Shown in pieces: positions 34,798-43,960 of a DNA stretch of 64,000 bases. The translations under genes were made by a program, and so were the position numbers. The DNA comes from Candidatus Micrarchaeota archaeon. GTDB taxonomy: Archaea; Micrarchaeota; Micrarchaeia; Anstonellales; Anstonellaceae. The stretch lies in NCBI GenBank assembly GCA_026413965.1, contig JAOAJY010000003.1, forward strand, positions 27,727-91,726. Direction: 5' to 3'. The notes below the pieces were generated by a model. That model had not been told where the DNA came from. It searched no databases and saw only the letters and a list, made by a program, of their open reading frames with translations. Positions within the stretch are counted from its first letter, which is position 1. Every line of letters starts with the position of its first letter.

Positions 34798-36153
34798 GTG
34801 AAATTTGCTCAAAAGCAACCCTTAAAGCCAACCCAGAATGGGAATGGAAACCGAATGAGAGTTTTTCCGCCCGAGCCGGAGATAGAGAATTTCAGGAAAG
34901 ACATGCAGGAATGCATGCATGAAATGGCTGTTGCGCACAAGCAAACAAAGGGCATGGTGGCGGTTTTCGGCTCCTCGAGATGCAAGCCAACCGACAAGAA
35001 CTACCAGATTGCGCAGGAGACCTGCTTTGAGCTTGGAAAAGCAGGATACGGGATAATAACAGGAGGCGGACCAGGAATCATGGAGGCTGCAAACAAAGGG
35101 GCTATTGAGGCAAAAGCCCCATCAGTTGGCGTGCAGCCGAAATTCTTAAGCGAAAAAGAGCAGGCGATGGAGATTGAAGGGAAAACTCAGTATTATGTAT
35201 ACTCCATGCACTCGCGGAAGGTGTCAATATCAGCCAACAGCTCTGCCATGCTTTATTTTCCTGGCGGATTGGGGACGATGGATGAGCTTTTTGAAAACCT
35301 CACTCTTTCGCAGATTGGCAAGATGAAAGGAGTGCAGCACATACTTGTAGGAAGCATTGACTATTGGAAATCCCTATTGAAATGGCTGGAAGAGCAGCCA
35401 TTGAGAAGGAAATACCTGAGCCATTCGGATTTTGGCTTGATTAAGCTTGCCGAAAGCCCAAAGCAGGTGGCGGAGCTTGTCAAGCAAAGCCAGGCAAAAA
35501 AGGTTCTCCACAGCGCGCAGCAGCTTGCGGAATGGTTCGCAGAAGACCTGAAAAAATGTAGCCAGCAGCTTGGGATGGTCTTTCACCCATCTGTGAGCAT
35601 ATTTGGCTCGTCAAAAATAAAAAGCGCAGACAGAATTTATGGCGCTGCCAAAAATCTTGTCAGCAAGCTTGCCCAGATGGGATTTGCCATTTACAGCGGA
35701 GGAGGAAGCGGCATAATGGAAGCGGCCGCAAAAGGAGCCTTGGAAGCAGGAAAGAAAGCTTATGGCTTGATACCTTTCTTTTTCTTTGAAAGAGAAAAGC
35801 CAAATCCGCATGAGTGCAACCATATCCAGCTCAACATGATGGCTTCCAGAAAGCTTGTCCTTGGCTCAAGCGATGCCCTTATTTTCTACCCTGGAGGATA
35901 TGGAACATTGGACGAGATGTTTGAGTTCGCAGTGAGGCAGCAGATAGGGGATATGAGGCAGGTGCCTATAGTCGCTTTTGAAAGCCGGTTTTGGGGAGGG
36001 CTTTACAGCTGGCTGGAGAGGTATCCTGTGGAGATGAGCCTCATGCCCAAAGAAAGCCTGGATCTCATAAAAATTGTCAATAGCCCAAAGAAGGCTGTCG
36101 AAATCATCTTAAGCTGGGAGGAATCTGGCGGCGAGCAGAGTAGAAAGGAATAA
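34798..36153 (+). CDS. Tandem LOG/TIGR00730-family protein (two Rossmann LOG domains fused)
   Basis: Domain 1 has VAVFGSSR...GIITGGGPGIMEAANKGA...PGGLGTMDELFE. Domain 2 has VSIFGSSK...AIYSGGGSGIMEAAAKGA...PGGYGTLDEMFE. GTG start; an alternative ATG lies at 34855. Confidence 0.8.
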   Translation: MKFAQKQPLKPTQNGNGNRMRVFPPEPEIENFRKDMQECMHEMAVAHKQTKGMVAVFGSSRCKPTDKNYQIAQETCFELGKAGYGIITGGGPGIMEAANKGAIEAKAPSVGVQPKFLSEKEQAMEIEGKTQYYVYSMHSRKVSISANSSAMLYFPGGLGTMDELFENLTLSQIGKMKGVQHILVGSIDYWKSLLKWLEEQPLRRKYLSHSDFGLIKLAESPKQVAELVKQSQAKKVLHSAQQLAEWFAEDLKKCSQQLGMVFHPSVSIFGSSKIKSADRIYGAAKNLVSKLAQMGFAIYSGGGSGIMEAAAKGALEAGKKAYGLIPFFFFEREKPNPHECNHIQLNMMASRKLVLGSSDALIFYPGGYGTLDEMFEFAVRQQIGDMRQVPIVAFESRFWGGLYSWLERYPVEMSLMPKESLDLIKIVNSPKKAVEIILSWEESGGEQSRKE

Positions 36154-36187
36154 AAGATTATGCCATGCCCTCTTTTGAGGTGATAGC

Positions 36188-37645
36188 TTGAGGGCTGGGC
36201 TTGCTTTTGCAGCTTTGCTTTGTTTTGCAGGCTTTGGATTCGCAGGATTGCTTGAAGACTTCATGGCAAAAAGCTTTGAGCCTGGCATGGAGGTTGAGGC
36301 AAAGCAAATTGCTTCTGGCAGCCATTACATAATAATTCTGGATGGGAAAGAGGCCTATTTGTTTGACAATTCGGAGGGCAAGCCTGTTTATGACCGCAAA
36401 AGAATCATAGGCATCCTTGAGGAAGGCGAGAAAAAGGCTGCAGGCTATGAGGACAAGAAAAAATTGGCCATGAGCCTGCCTGCCGCAATCAATGCCGCCA
36501 AAAACAAGACTGAAGCCCAATGCATGCTTTTGACTGGCACAGACATGCACGAATGCAAAGACAAGCAGACCTGCGTGCTTGCCTGCATGTCCAACCCAAA
36601 CTGCGCAACGCCGCTTTATTCTGATGGATTCTGGGAGGCTTTGCTTGACTGGAGCAGCGCAAGGAAAAGATATGCGGAGCTTTTGGCAAAGTACCAAGAG
36701 GGGCTTGAGGATGCATTGGGGAAGCCTGAGGCGATTGATGAGAAGACGGCGATAGTTTCAGAGCTTCAAAAAATTGCCCAAAACATTTCCCAAAACCCGC
36801 TTTTTTTGAACAGGACGGATGAGGGATGCAGCGGCGCAAAAGTGGCAAGAAGGTGCTATGAGTACTGCCCAAAAATAGACTATTCTGCTTCAAGGCTGCA
36901 GGAAGGGAAAAAGAGCTTGGAGGCAATCAAGGAAATTTTGCTTTCTGCCCAAAAGCAGGCAGAAAGGGCAGATGCCATCCTCAGCCAGAGCGCCAAGCAT
37001 GACGAATACCTAGCAAGGCGCATGAAAGATTTTGCTGAGCTTAGGGTGAAGCTGGCAAACAGTGTAAGAAAAGCCAATATGACATCAAAAGAGCTTGCTT
37101 TGAAGGTGAAAGATGAGGAAGTGGCTCCTGCTTTGAAGGACCTTGAAAATTACACAGCCAAAGTCATTGAAGCTGGGGATTCTGGGAGATACCGCCAGGC
37201 TTTCAGGATGGCTGAGGAGCAGCAGAGAAAATATGACGAGCTTAGCCGAAAGATGCAAGCCGGCTTGGAGAAGCACCAGCAGGCAATTGAGAGGATAGAT
37301 AAGGCGTCTGAAAAAATCAAAAAGAGCAGCTGGCTGCTTGGGAATGAAACTTCCTCTGAGCAGCTGGCAAAGCTTGAAGCCATGAGGCAAGAGCTTCTTT
37401 CTGCCCCTGCAACCTTGCAGAAGATAGCCGAGCTTGATGCGAAAGCAGCGCAGATAGAAAATGAAGTGAACTTGGCCATTTCCCAGAAGGCAACTGAGAT
37501 AGCTTCAGGAAACGAGTCCCTGCCGCCAGAGGCATTGAAAGAAGTTGCCTCAAGGCAGTTGGCAAAAGGCGGCGGGCTTCCCTGCCTTCCTGCAATCGCG
37601 CTGGCCGCAGTGGCCCTTGTGGCTTTTGCTTCAAGAAAGGATTAG
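36188..37645 (+). CDS. Secreted coiled-coil protein with C-terminal TM anchor
   Basis: TTG start after GAGGTGA gives the signal peptide MRAGLAFAALLCFAGFGFAG. A Cys-containing N-domain is followed by a long coiled coil. Ends GGGLPCLPAIALAAVALVAFASRKD. Confidence 0.7.
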   Translation: MRAGLAFAALLCFAGFGFAGLLEDFMAKSFEPGMEVEAKQIASGSHYIIILDGKEAYLFDNSEGKPVYDRKRIIGILEEGEKKAAGYEDKKKLAMSLPAAINAAKNKTEAQCMLLTGTDMHECKDKQTCVLACMSNPNCATPLYSDGFWEALLDWSSARKRYAELLAKYQEGLEDALGKPEAIDEKTAIVSELQKIAQNISQNPLFLNRTDEGCSGAKVARRCYEYCPKIDYSASRLQEGKKSLEAIKEILLSAQKQAERADAILSQSAKHDEYLARRMKDFAELRVKLANSVRKANMTSKELALKVKDEEVAPALKDLENYTAKVIEAGDSGRYRQAFRMAEEQQRKYDELSRKMQAGLEKHQQAIERIDKASEKIKKSSWLLGNETSSEQLAKLEAMRQELLSAPATLQKIAELDAKAAQIENEVNLAISQKATEIASGNESLPPEALKEVASRQLAKGGGLPCLPAIALAAVALVAFASRKD

Positions 37646-37699
37646 CTGAAGGCAAGCGTTTAAATAAAGTTGCCCCAATACGAATTGGAGGTAATTTTG

Positions 37700-37957
37700 A
37701 TGAAGGGAAGGCTCGCCAGCTACCGCAGAGGAGTGCACACAGAATACACTAACCAGTACATAGTGCAGGTTGATGGGGTCAAAGACAGAAGCAGCGCGAA
37801 TGGGATAATCGGGAAAAGGGTTGTTTGGAAAACGCCCACCGGCAAGGAGATAGTGGGGAAGGTTTCAAAAGCCCACGGAAATTCCGGGGCAGTGCTGGTC
37901 AGGTTTGAGAAAGGGCTTCCAGGGCAGGCTATAGGGACTGAGGTGGAGATAGCCTAA
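37700..37957 (+). CDS. rpl35ae: Ribosomal protein L35Ae
   Basis: ATG at 37700 after GGAGGT. MKGRLASYRRGVHTEYTNQYIVQVDGV...GKRVVWKTPTGKEIVGKVSKAHGNSGAVLVRFEKGLPGQAIG. Confidence 0.85.
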   Translation: MKGRLASYRRGVHTEYTNQYIVQVDGVKDRSSANGIIGKRVVWKTPTGKEIVGKVSKAHGNSGAVLVRFEKGLPGQAIGTEVEIA

Positions 37958-37972
37958 GCTTGGGCGAAAAGA

Positions 37973-38368
37973 ATGGAATACCGCTTCATTGAGCATACTG
38001 CTGACTTGATGTTTGAGGCTTATGGAAAGGATTACCCTGAGGCTTTGGAGAATGCCGCCAAGGCTCTGTTTTCGGTGATTGGAAGCGCAAAAGCCTCTGA
38101 GAAGGCGGAAATCACGGTCTCTGCGCACAGCCTTGAGGAGCTCACTGTGCAAATCCTTGCGGACCTGCTTGCCTATTCAGACATACATGAGATGGTTTTC
38201 TCAAAGTTCAAAGTGGCAGAGTTTGACGAGAAAGAAAACAGGGCCACAATTTTTGCTTGGGGAGAAAAAAGAAGGCCCAAAGACTCAGTCAAGGCTGTGA
38301 CTTATCACGAGCTTCTTGTGAAAAAAGACTCCAAGGGCTGGGTGATAAGGGTGCTTTTGGACGTCTAG
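37973..38368 (+). CDS. Archease
   Basis: MEYRFIEHTADLMFEAYG...VKAVTYHELLV. 131 aa, matching the archease pattern. Confidence 0.85.
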   Translation: MEYRFIEHTADLMFEAYGKDYPEALENAAKALFSVIGSAKASEKAEITVSAHSLEELTVQILADLLAYSDIHEMVFSKFKVAEFDEKENRATIFAWGEKRRPKDSVKAVTYHELLVKKDSKGWVIRVLLDV

Positions 38369-38745
38369 CGCTTGTTTTTGCCTTTCCCGTCATCCTCAAA
38401 AGGCAGCTTGACATAATAGACTCCCTCCTCGTCTTTGAGGACCACGGGATTTTTTGACAGGCTGTTGACATCCACGCAAAAGATGCCTTCCGAGACTATC
38501 TTTATGTTCTCAACATCCTCGCTTGAAAAAACTGCCCTGGCAAAATACGACTCCGGAGGCTTCCCCTTGAAGCTTATTTCGTAGGAAGAGCCTGGCTGGC
38601 CTTGGCTTTCTTCCTCCTGCCCGCCTATTTGCGAAGCTGCCTTTTCCTTATTGAAGACAAATACTTTTGAGCCGCATGGGCAGCCTTCGTGTATCTCTTG
38701 GATGCTTTTGGCTTGCTTTCCGCAGCGGACGCATGTGTGCACCAT
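38365..38745 (-). CDS. Zinc-ribbon protein (archaeal, GTPase-associated type)
   Basis: MVHTCVRCGKQAKSIQEIHEGCPCGSKVFVF. Immediately downstream of, and co-oriented with, the small GTPase. Confidence 0.6.
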   Translation of the reverse strand: MVHTCVRCGKQAKSIQEIHEGCPCGSKVFVFNKEKAASQIGGQEEESQGQPGSSYEISFKGKPPESYFARAVFSSEDVENIKIVSEGIFCVDVNSLSKNPVVLKDEEGVYYVKLPFEDDGKGKNKR

Positions 38746-38752
38746 CCCACCT

Positions 38753-39379
38753 TCAGGAGAGCTTTTTGGCTATTTCCTTATACAGGCTTTCTATGTTCTC
38801 GCCGGTCATGGCAGAAACCTGCACAAAATCATATCCTGGGAATGCCTCTTTGACCCTTCGGATGTTCGCAGTGGGAAGGTCTATTTTGTTTGCGACAAGG
38901 ATTATGGGTATTTGCCTGGCTTCTATATTCCCAAGGATTGTTATGTTGACTTGGGTATATGGGTCTTCTGTGGCATCCACCATGAAAAGGGCAGCGTCAA
39001 TCTTGTCCAAATTCCGGACTGCCTCCACCACTCCGCGAGTTGCCTCGCGTGCGCGCTTTTGCGCCTCCTCTTTTGACAGCCCATACTCCAGGAAATCGCG
39101 GTAATCAACCTTGACTGCGATTCCAGGCATGTCAAGGAGGCTCATGGTTAGCTTGCAGCCATGCAGATTCAAAACAAGGTTTTCCTTTTTCTGCACATTC
39201 CTGGTCTCATGCGGCACTGGGCTGACTGCGCCCATCGGCTCCCCCACCAAATCAACGCATATCCTGTTTGCAAGCGTAGTTTTGCCGACGTTTGGGCTTC
39301 CGTAAATGCCTATGCGGACCTCCTTTCTTTTTGAGAATATGCCCTTAAGCCAGCTTATTATCTTTTTGAGCATACGCAT
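38753..39379 (-). CDS. Small GTP-binding protein (Era/EngB-like)
   Basis: G1 is GSPNVGKTT, G3 is DMPG and G4 is NKID. 208 aa. Confidence 0.8.
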   Translation of the reverse strand: MRMLKKIISWLKGIFSKRKEVRIGIYGSPNVGKTTLANRICVDLVGEPMGAVSPVPHETRNVQKKENLVLNLHGCKLTMSLLDMPGIAVKVDYRDFLEYGLSKEEAQKRAREATRGVVEAVRNLDKIDAALFMVDATEDPYTQVNITILGNIEARQIPIILVANKIDLPTANIRRVKEAFPGYDFVQVSAMTGENIESLYKEIAKKLS

Positions 39380-39397
39380 GCGATTGCCTCTTAAAAA

Positions 39398-40573
39398 TTA
39401 TAAAGCAGATTGCATGCCTGGCTTGATTTCTCCTCTTGCAAACATCCCGACCACTTTTGGCAGCCCGACATGCTCTCTCTGCAGTATCTTGGAGGCGACC
39501 TCCTCAGCGGACTTGCAGTCCGATATATCCACTTTCTCCTGGTAAATTATCGGGCCGCCATCAAGCGTCTCATCCACAAAATGTATGGTGTAGCCTGAAA
39601 CTTTTTCGCCTGCCTCAAAAGCGTCCCTTTGGGCATGCGCTCCAGGATATTTTGGAAGAAGGGATGGGTGGATGTTTATGATTTTGCCCCTGTAGGCAGA
39701 AAGCAGCTCTCGGCTTTTTATTATCTTCATATACCCTGCAAGGACCACAAGGTCGGGCTTGAGGGAATCCAGAGTGGCTTTTATCTTATCATCCAGCTCC
39801 TCCCGCGAGGAATAGCTGATGGCAAAATAGGGTATGCCTGCATCCTGCGCCCTCTTTATTGCCATGGCCGCAGGGTTGTCGGTTATCAGCCCCACTATCT
39901 CCACTCCCGCAAGCTCGCCTCTTGCTTTTGCGTCAATTATTGACTGGAAATCCGAGCCCCTGCCTGAAGCCAAGACTGCCACGCGGAACGGCATGCTCTC
40001 CTTTTTTTCGCCAGAGCAAAAAATGGTTTCGCTTTCTGTGACAATCAAGTCAACAGCAATATCGTGCGGCTCGTTTGGGATTTGCCGAACTATCTGCATC
40101 TGGTAAGCCAACCCGACTTTGACCGCCTTCATCTTGGAGAGCAAGGAATCGTAGTAGCCCATCCCATATCCTATCCTGTGCCCTCTCCTGTCAAAGGATA
40201 TTCCAGGCACGACGGCCAAATCCACTTGGGAGGGCATTATGCGCCTGTCAGCAGCCCGCGGAGGCTCAAGAATGCCAAATGCCCCTTCAGAAAGCTCCTC
40301 AATTGATTTCAGCTCGTATATCTCAAGCTCCTTTTTTTCCTTTATGGTGACTGGAAGCCCCACTTTTTTCCCAAGCGACAAGGCGCTTTGTATTATTCCG
40401 TCGGTGTGGACCTCGCTTCCTTTTGAGGCATAAAGAAGGACGCATTTTGCTGAGATGAATTCAGGAAGGCGCAGGAACCTGTCCATTATCGCAATGCAGT
40501 GCACGTGCCCACCGCTGGAATGGTGGCGCTCCCTCAAAGAAAGCATCTGGTTGCGCAGTTTCTCCTTCATCAA
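39398..40573 (-). CDS. purN: Fusion protein: 5-formyltetrahydrofolate cyclo-ligase + phosphoribosylglycinamide formyltransferase
   Basis: The N-terminal half has the MTHFS motifs (LRNQMLSLRER, GILEP, VPGISFDRRGHRIGYGMGYYD). The C-terminal half has the PurN motifs (VAVLASGRGSDFQ, INIHPSLLPKYPG, HFVDETLDGGPII). Confidence 0.8.
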   Translation of the reverse strand: MMKEKLRNQMLSLRERHHSSGGHVHCIAIMDRFLRLPEFISAKCVLLYASKGSEVHTDGIIQSALSLGKKVGLPVTIKEKKELEIYELKSIEELSEGAFGILEPPRAADRRIMPSQVDLAVVPGISFDRRGHRIGYGMGYYDSLLSKMKAVKVGLAYQMQIVRQIPNEPHDIAVDLIVTESETIFCSGEKKESMPFRVAVLASGRGSDFQSIIDAKARGELAGVEIVGLITDNPAAMAIKRAQDAGIPYFAISYSSREELDDKIKATLDSLKPDLVVLAGYMKIIKSRELLSAYRGKIINIHPSLLPKYPGAHAQRDAFEAGEKVSGYTIHFVDETLDGGPIIYQEKVDISDCKSAEEVASKILQREHVGLPKVVGMFARGEIKPGMQSAL

Positions 40574-40580
40574 ATCACCA

Positions 40581-41858
40581 TCATTGCGACAGCCTTATCT
40601 TCTCTTTCCCAAAAAGCTCGCCCAAAAGATATATGGAGCCTGCCACAACCACCAAGCCCTGCTTTCCTGCGATTTTTTTGGCTTGGGAGAATGCAAGCCG
40701 AGCTTGGCGAATCATCCTTATTGAAGAGAAGTGCGGCTGGGCTTTGGAAAAAAGGGATGGCAGGCTCGCGGAGCGGGCAACCGAGACTTCGCATAAGACA
40801 AGGCTGGAGAAATGCGGGGAGAGAATCCGCAAGGCTTCCCCATAGTCCTTGTCAGACATTGCGGAAAAAAGAAGCACTTTTTTTCCAAAAGGCAGCTTTT
40901 GCACCTCTTTCGCAAGCGCAGAGGCAGCCTCTGGATTGTGCGCGCAGTCTGCAATCACAAAGGGATTTTTGGAGACTTCCTGAAGCCTGAACTTAGGGCG
41001 GCATTTCGACAAGCCTTCCTCTATTGCCCTCTTTGGCGCGCCCAACAAGGCGGCAGCGGCAAGCGCAGCGCACGCGTTGCTTATCTGGAAATCCCCAGGC
41101 GCGGAAAGAGAAATCCTGTAGGCCTTGCCTCTGAATGATGCGGAAAATGAGCTTTGCAGGCCTTTTTTGGAAAGGCTGAGCAATTCGACTTCTTGGTCAG
41201 CAAACAAAGGGAGCGCGCCAATCTTTGCGCATTCTTTGCGAACCGCCTCTTTTGCCTCATCTGAGAGAAACCCGCACACCAGGGGCTTGCCTTTCCTTGC
41301 CACTCCGCATTTTTCATGCGCAATAGAGCCGATGGTCTTGCCCAAAATATCAGTGTGCTCAAGGGAAATTGAGGTTAGAGCCGAAAGGCAAGGCTCGCAG
41401 GCATTTGTGGCATCCAGCCTGCCTCCAAGCCCAACCTCCAAAACAGCATAGTCCACCTTCCTGCTTTTGAAAATCAGGAAAGCCATGGCTGTCACCACCT
41501 CGAAGAAAGTGGCATGGATGCCGTTTTTCCTGCACGCCTCCTCAACTTTGGCGTAGGCGAAAGCGATTTCCCTTTTTGAGGCGTTTTTCCCATTTATCCT
41601 GAACCTTTCTTGGAACTGCTGGATTTGCGGGGAGAAGTAAGTCCCCACTCTCAGCCCGCTTGAAGAGAGGCATGAGCCTATAAATTCCGTGGTTGAGCCT
41701 TTCCCATTGCTCCCTGCCACAAGGACACATCGGTAGCTTTTTTGAGGGTCTCCAAGAGCTGAAAGCAATGCTGAGATTCTCTCAAGCCCAAGCCTCATCC
41801 CGAATTTCTCAAGCGAATAGATTCGCCTGATGGCTTTTGCGTAAGGAATAGTCCCCAA
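40581..41858 (-). CDS. folC: Folylpolyglutamate synthase / dihydrofolate synthase
   Basis: 425 aa. VLVAGSNGKGST P-loop with a Mur-ligase-like layout. Confidence 0.8.
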   Translation of the reverse strand: MGTIPYAKAIRRIYSLEKFGMRLGLERISALLSALGDPQKSYRCVLVAGSNGKGSTTEFIGSCLSSSGLRVGTYFSPQIQQFQERFRINGKNASKREIAFAYAKVEEACRKNGIHATFFEVVTAMAFLIFKSRKVDYAVLEVGLGGRLDATNACEPCLSALTSISLEHTDILGKTIGSIAHEKCGVARKGKPLVCGFLSDEAKEAVRKECAKIGALPLFADQEVELLSLSKKGLQSSFSASFRGKAYRISLSAPGDFQISNACAALAAAALLGAPKRAIEEGLSKCRPKFRLQEVSKNPFVIADCAHNPEAASALAKEVQKLPFGKKVLLFSAMSDKDYGEALRILSPHFSSLVLCEVSVARSASLPSLFSKAQPHFSSIRMIRQARLAFSQAKKIAGKQGLVVVAGSIYLLGELFGKEKIRLSQ

Positions 41859-41862
41859 GCCC

Positions 41863-42714
41863 TCACCTGCGGCGCATTAGGTAGCACTTTATGGTGTTTT
41901 GGATGAGCATGGCGCGAGTCATGGGCCCCACTCCCCCCGGGACAGGAGTTATGAGCGAAGCCTTTTTTGACACAGGCCCAAAATCCACATCTCCCACCAG
42001 CTTTTCGCCCTCGCGGTTTATGCCTATGTCCACCACCACAGCGCCCTTCTTGACCATGTCTGCTGTGAGAGTTTTTGGCTTGCCCACTGCAACGCAAATT
42101 ATGTCAGCTCTTTTTGTGTGGGAAGGCAGATCGCGTGTCTTGCTGTGGCAAATAGTCACGGTGCAGCTCTCATTGAGGAGAAGGAAAGCAAGCGGCTTTC
42201 CCACTATCCTGCTTCTTCCCACCACCACTGCGTGCTTTCCTGCAAGAGAAATGCCGCTTTCCTTAAGGAGGCGGACAACGCCGGCAGGGGTGCAGGGGAG
42301 CAGCTGCCCGATGCCAAGCGCAGCCTGCCCGAAATTTTGAGGATGGAACCCGTCCACGTCTTTTTCTGGGGAGATTGCGCCCAAAATCTCCTCTTCGTCA
42401 ATTGAGGCTGGAAGGGGAAGCTGGACCAATATTGCGTCAACTGAGCCATCTTCGTTCAGCTTTTTCAGCTCGCCCAATATTCTATCTTTTGAGGATGAGG
42501 CAGGGAGCCTTGCGACCCTTGACAAGATGCCCACTTTCGCGCAGTCCTCAATCTTCTTGTTCGTGTAAAGCACTGAGGCAGGATTGTCGCCCACCAATAG
42601 TATGGCAAGGCATGGCTTGGGGGAAAAACCTTCAACCTGCCGCTTTGCCTCCGCAAGAATCTTTCCTGCAATCCTGCTCCCGTCTATTATTTCGCACCCC
42701 ATCGCATCATCCAA
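41863..42714 (-). CDS. folD: Bifunctional methylene-THF dehydrogenase / methenyl-THF cyclohydrolase
   Basis: [38 protein letters not shown] and [11 protein letters not shown]. Confidence 0.9.
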   Translation of the reverse strand: MDDAMGCEIIDGSRIAGKILAEAKRQVEGFSPKPCLAILLVGDNPASVLYTNKKIEDCAKVGILSRVARLPASSSKDRILGELKKLNEDGSVDAILVQLPLPASIDEEEILGAISPEKDVDGFHPQNFGQAALGIGQLLPCTPAGVVRLLKESGISLAGKHAVVVGRSRIVGKPLAFLLLNESCTVTICHSKTRDLPSHTKRADIICVAVGKPKTLTADMVKKGAVVVDIGINREGEKLVGDVDFGPVSKKASLITPVPGGVGPMTRAMLIQNTIKCYLMRRR

Positions 42715-43957
42715 GCTCCGGATAGAGAGGAAACTGCGAAGCCAGCTGCCGCACCTCCTCTTTTATTTTCTCTTTGAGCCGCAAGTCTGTTGGATTTGCG
42801 CAGATTGCCTTTATCATTTTGCCTATATGCCTCATTTCCGACTTGCCCATGCCCCTTGTGGTCAAGGCAGGAGTCCCCAGCCTTATGCCAGAAGTCACGA
42901 ATGGAGACTGGGTGTCATAGGGTATGGTGTTTTTGTTCACCGTTATGCCGACCTCATCAAGCGCAAGCTGCGCCTCCTTTCCTGTGATTTTCATGCCTGA
43001 CAAATCCACAAGGACAAGATGGGTGTCTGTGCCTCCTGAGACCAGCGCCATGCCCTCTGAAAGAAGCGAGTCTGCCAAAGCCTTTGCGTTCTCCACGACC
43101 TTTTTGGCGTATTCTGAAAACTCAGGCTGCAGCGCTTCTTTGAAGCAGACTGCTTTTGCCGCAATCACATGGTCAAATGGTCCCCCCTGCATCCCAGGAA
43201 AGACAGACTTGTCAATCATCTGCTGGTATTCCTGCTTGCACAAGATTATCGCTCCGCGCGGCCCCCTCAGCGTCTTGTGGGTGGTGGAGGTCACAACATC
43301 AGCATGTGGGAATGGCTGCGGATGGGCTCCGCCTGCAATCAGCCCGGCTATGTGCGCCATGTCCACCATAAGATATGAATCAGAAGCCTCCGCTATCTCG
43401 GCAAAGCGCTTGAAATCCACCTGGCGGGGATAGGCGGTGAAGCCTGCCACGATAAGCTGGGGCTTTTCCTCTTTCGCCTGCTTCTCAATCGCGTCATAAT
43501 CGATAAGGTGGGTTTTTGGATGGACGTTGTAGGGGACCACTTTGAAAAGCCGTCCTGAAAAATTCACCGGGCTTCCGTGCGTCAGATGCCCTCCGTGGGA
43601 GAGGTTCAGCCCCATTATTTTGTCGCCTGGCTGAAGAAGGGCGAAGTAAGCCGCCATGTTTGCCTGCGAGCCTGAATGGGGCTGCACATTGGCATGCTCA
43701 GCGTGGAAAAGCTTCTTTGCCCTCTCAATCGCAAGCTCCTCGCAGCCGTCAATGAACTGGTTGCCCCCATAGTAGCGCTTCCCAGGATATCCTTCCGAGT
43801 ATTTGTTGGTGAGCACGCTCCCTTGCGCCTCCATCACAGCGAGGGAGGCGAAATTTTCAGATGGGATGAGCTCCAGCCCTTGCCTTTGCCGCTCAAGCTC
43901 CTTTCTGGCAAGCGCGTAAATTTCCGGGTCTGTGGCCTCAAGATATCCCACATCCAC
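42707..43957 (-). CDS. glyA: Serine hydroxymethyltransferase
   Basis: [22 protein letters not shown] and the PLP-lysine context [15 protein letters not shown]. Confidence 0.95.
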   Translation of the reverse strand: MDVGYLEATDPEIYALARKELERQRQGLELIPSENFASLAVMEAQGSVLTNKYSEGYPGKRYYGGNQFIDGCEELAIERAKKLFHAEHANVQPHSGSQANMAAYFALLQPGDKIMGLNLSHGGHLTHGSPVNFSGRLFKVVPYNVHPKTHLIDYDAIEKQAKEEKPQLIVAGFTAYPRQVDFKRFAEIAEASDSYLMVDMAHIAGLIAGGAHPQPFPHADVVTSTTHKTLRGPRGAIILCKQEYQQMIDKSVFPGMQGGPFDHVIAAKAVCFKEALQPEFSEYAKKVVENAKALADSLLSEGMALVSGGTDTHLVLVDLSGMKITGKEAQLALDEVGITVNKNTIPYDTQSPFVTSGIRLGTPALTTRGMGKSEMRHIGKMIKAICANPTDLRLKEKIKEEVRQLASQFPLYPELG

Positions 43958-43960
43958 ACC

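Noticed and set aside
36158-36697. 179-aa minus-strand ORF
   Set aside because: It is antisense to the signal-peptide-bearing coiled-coil protein. It is Cys/Ala-rich with no start context.
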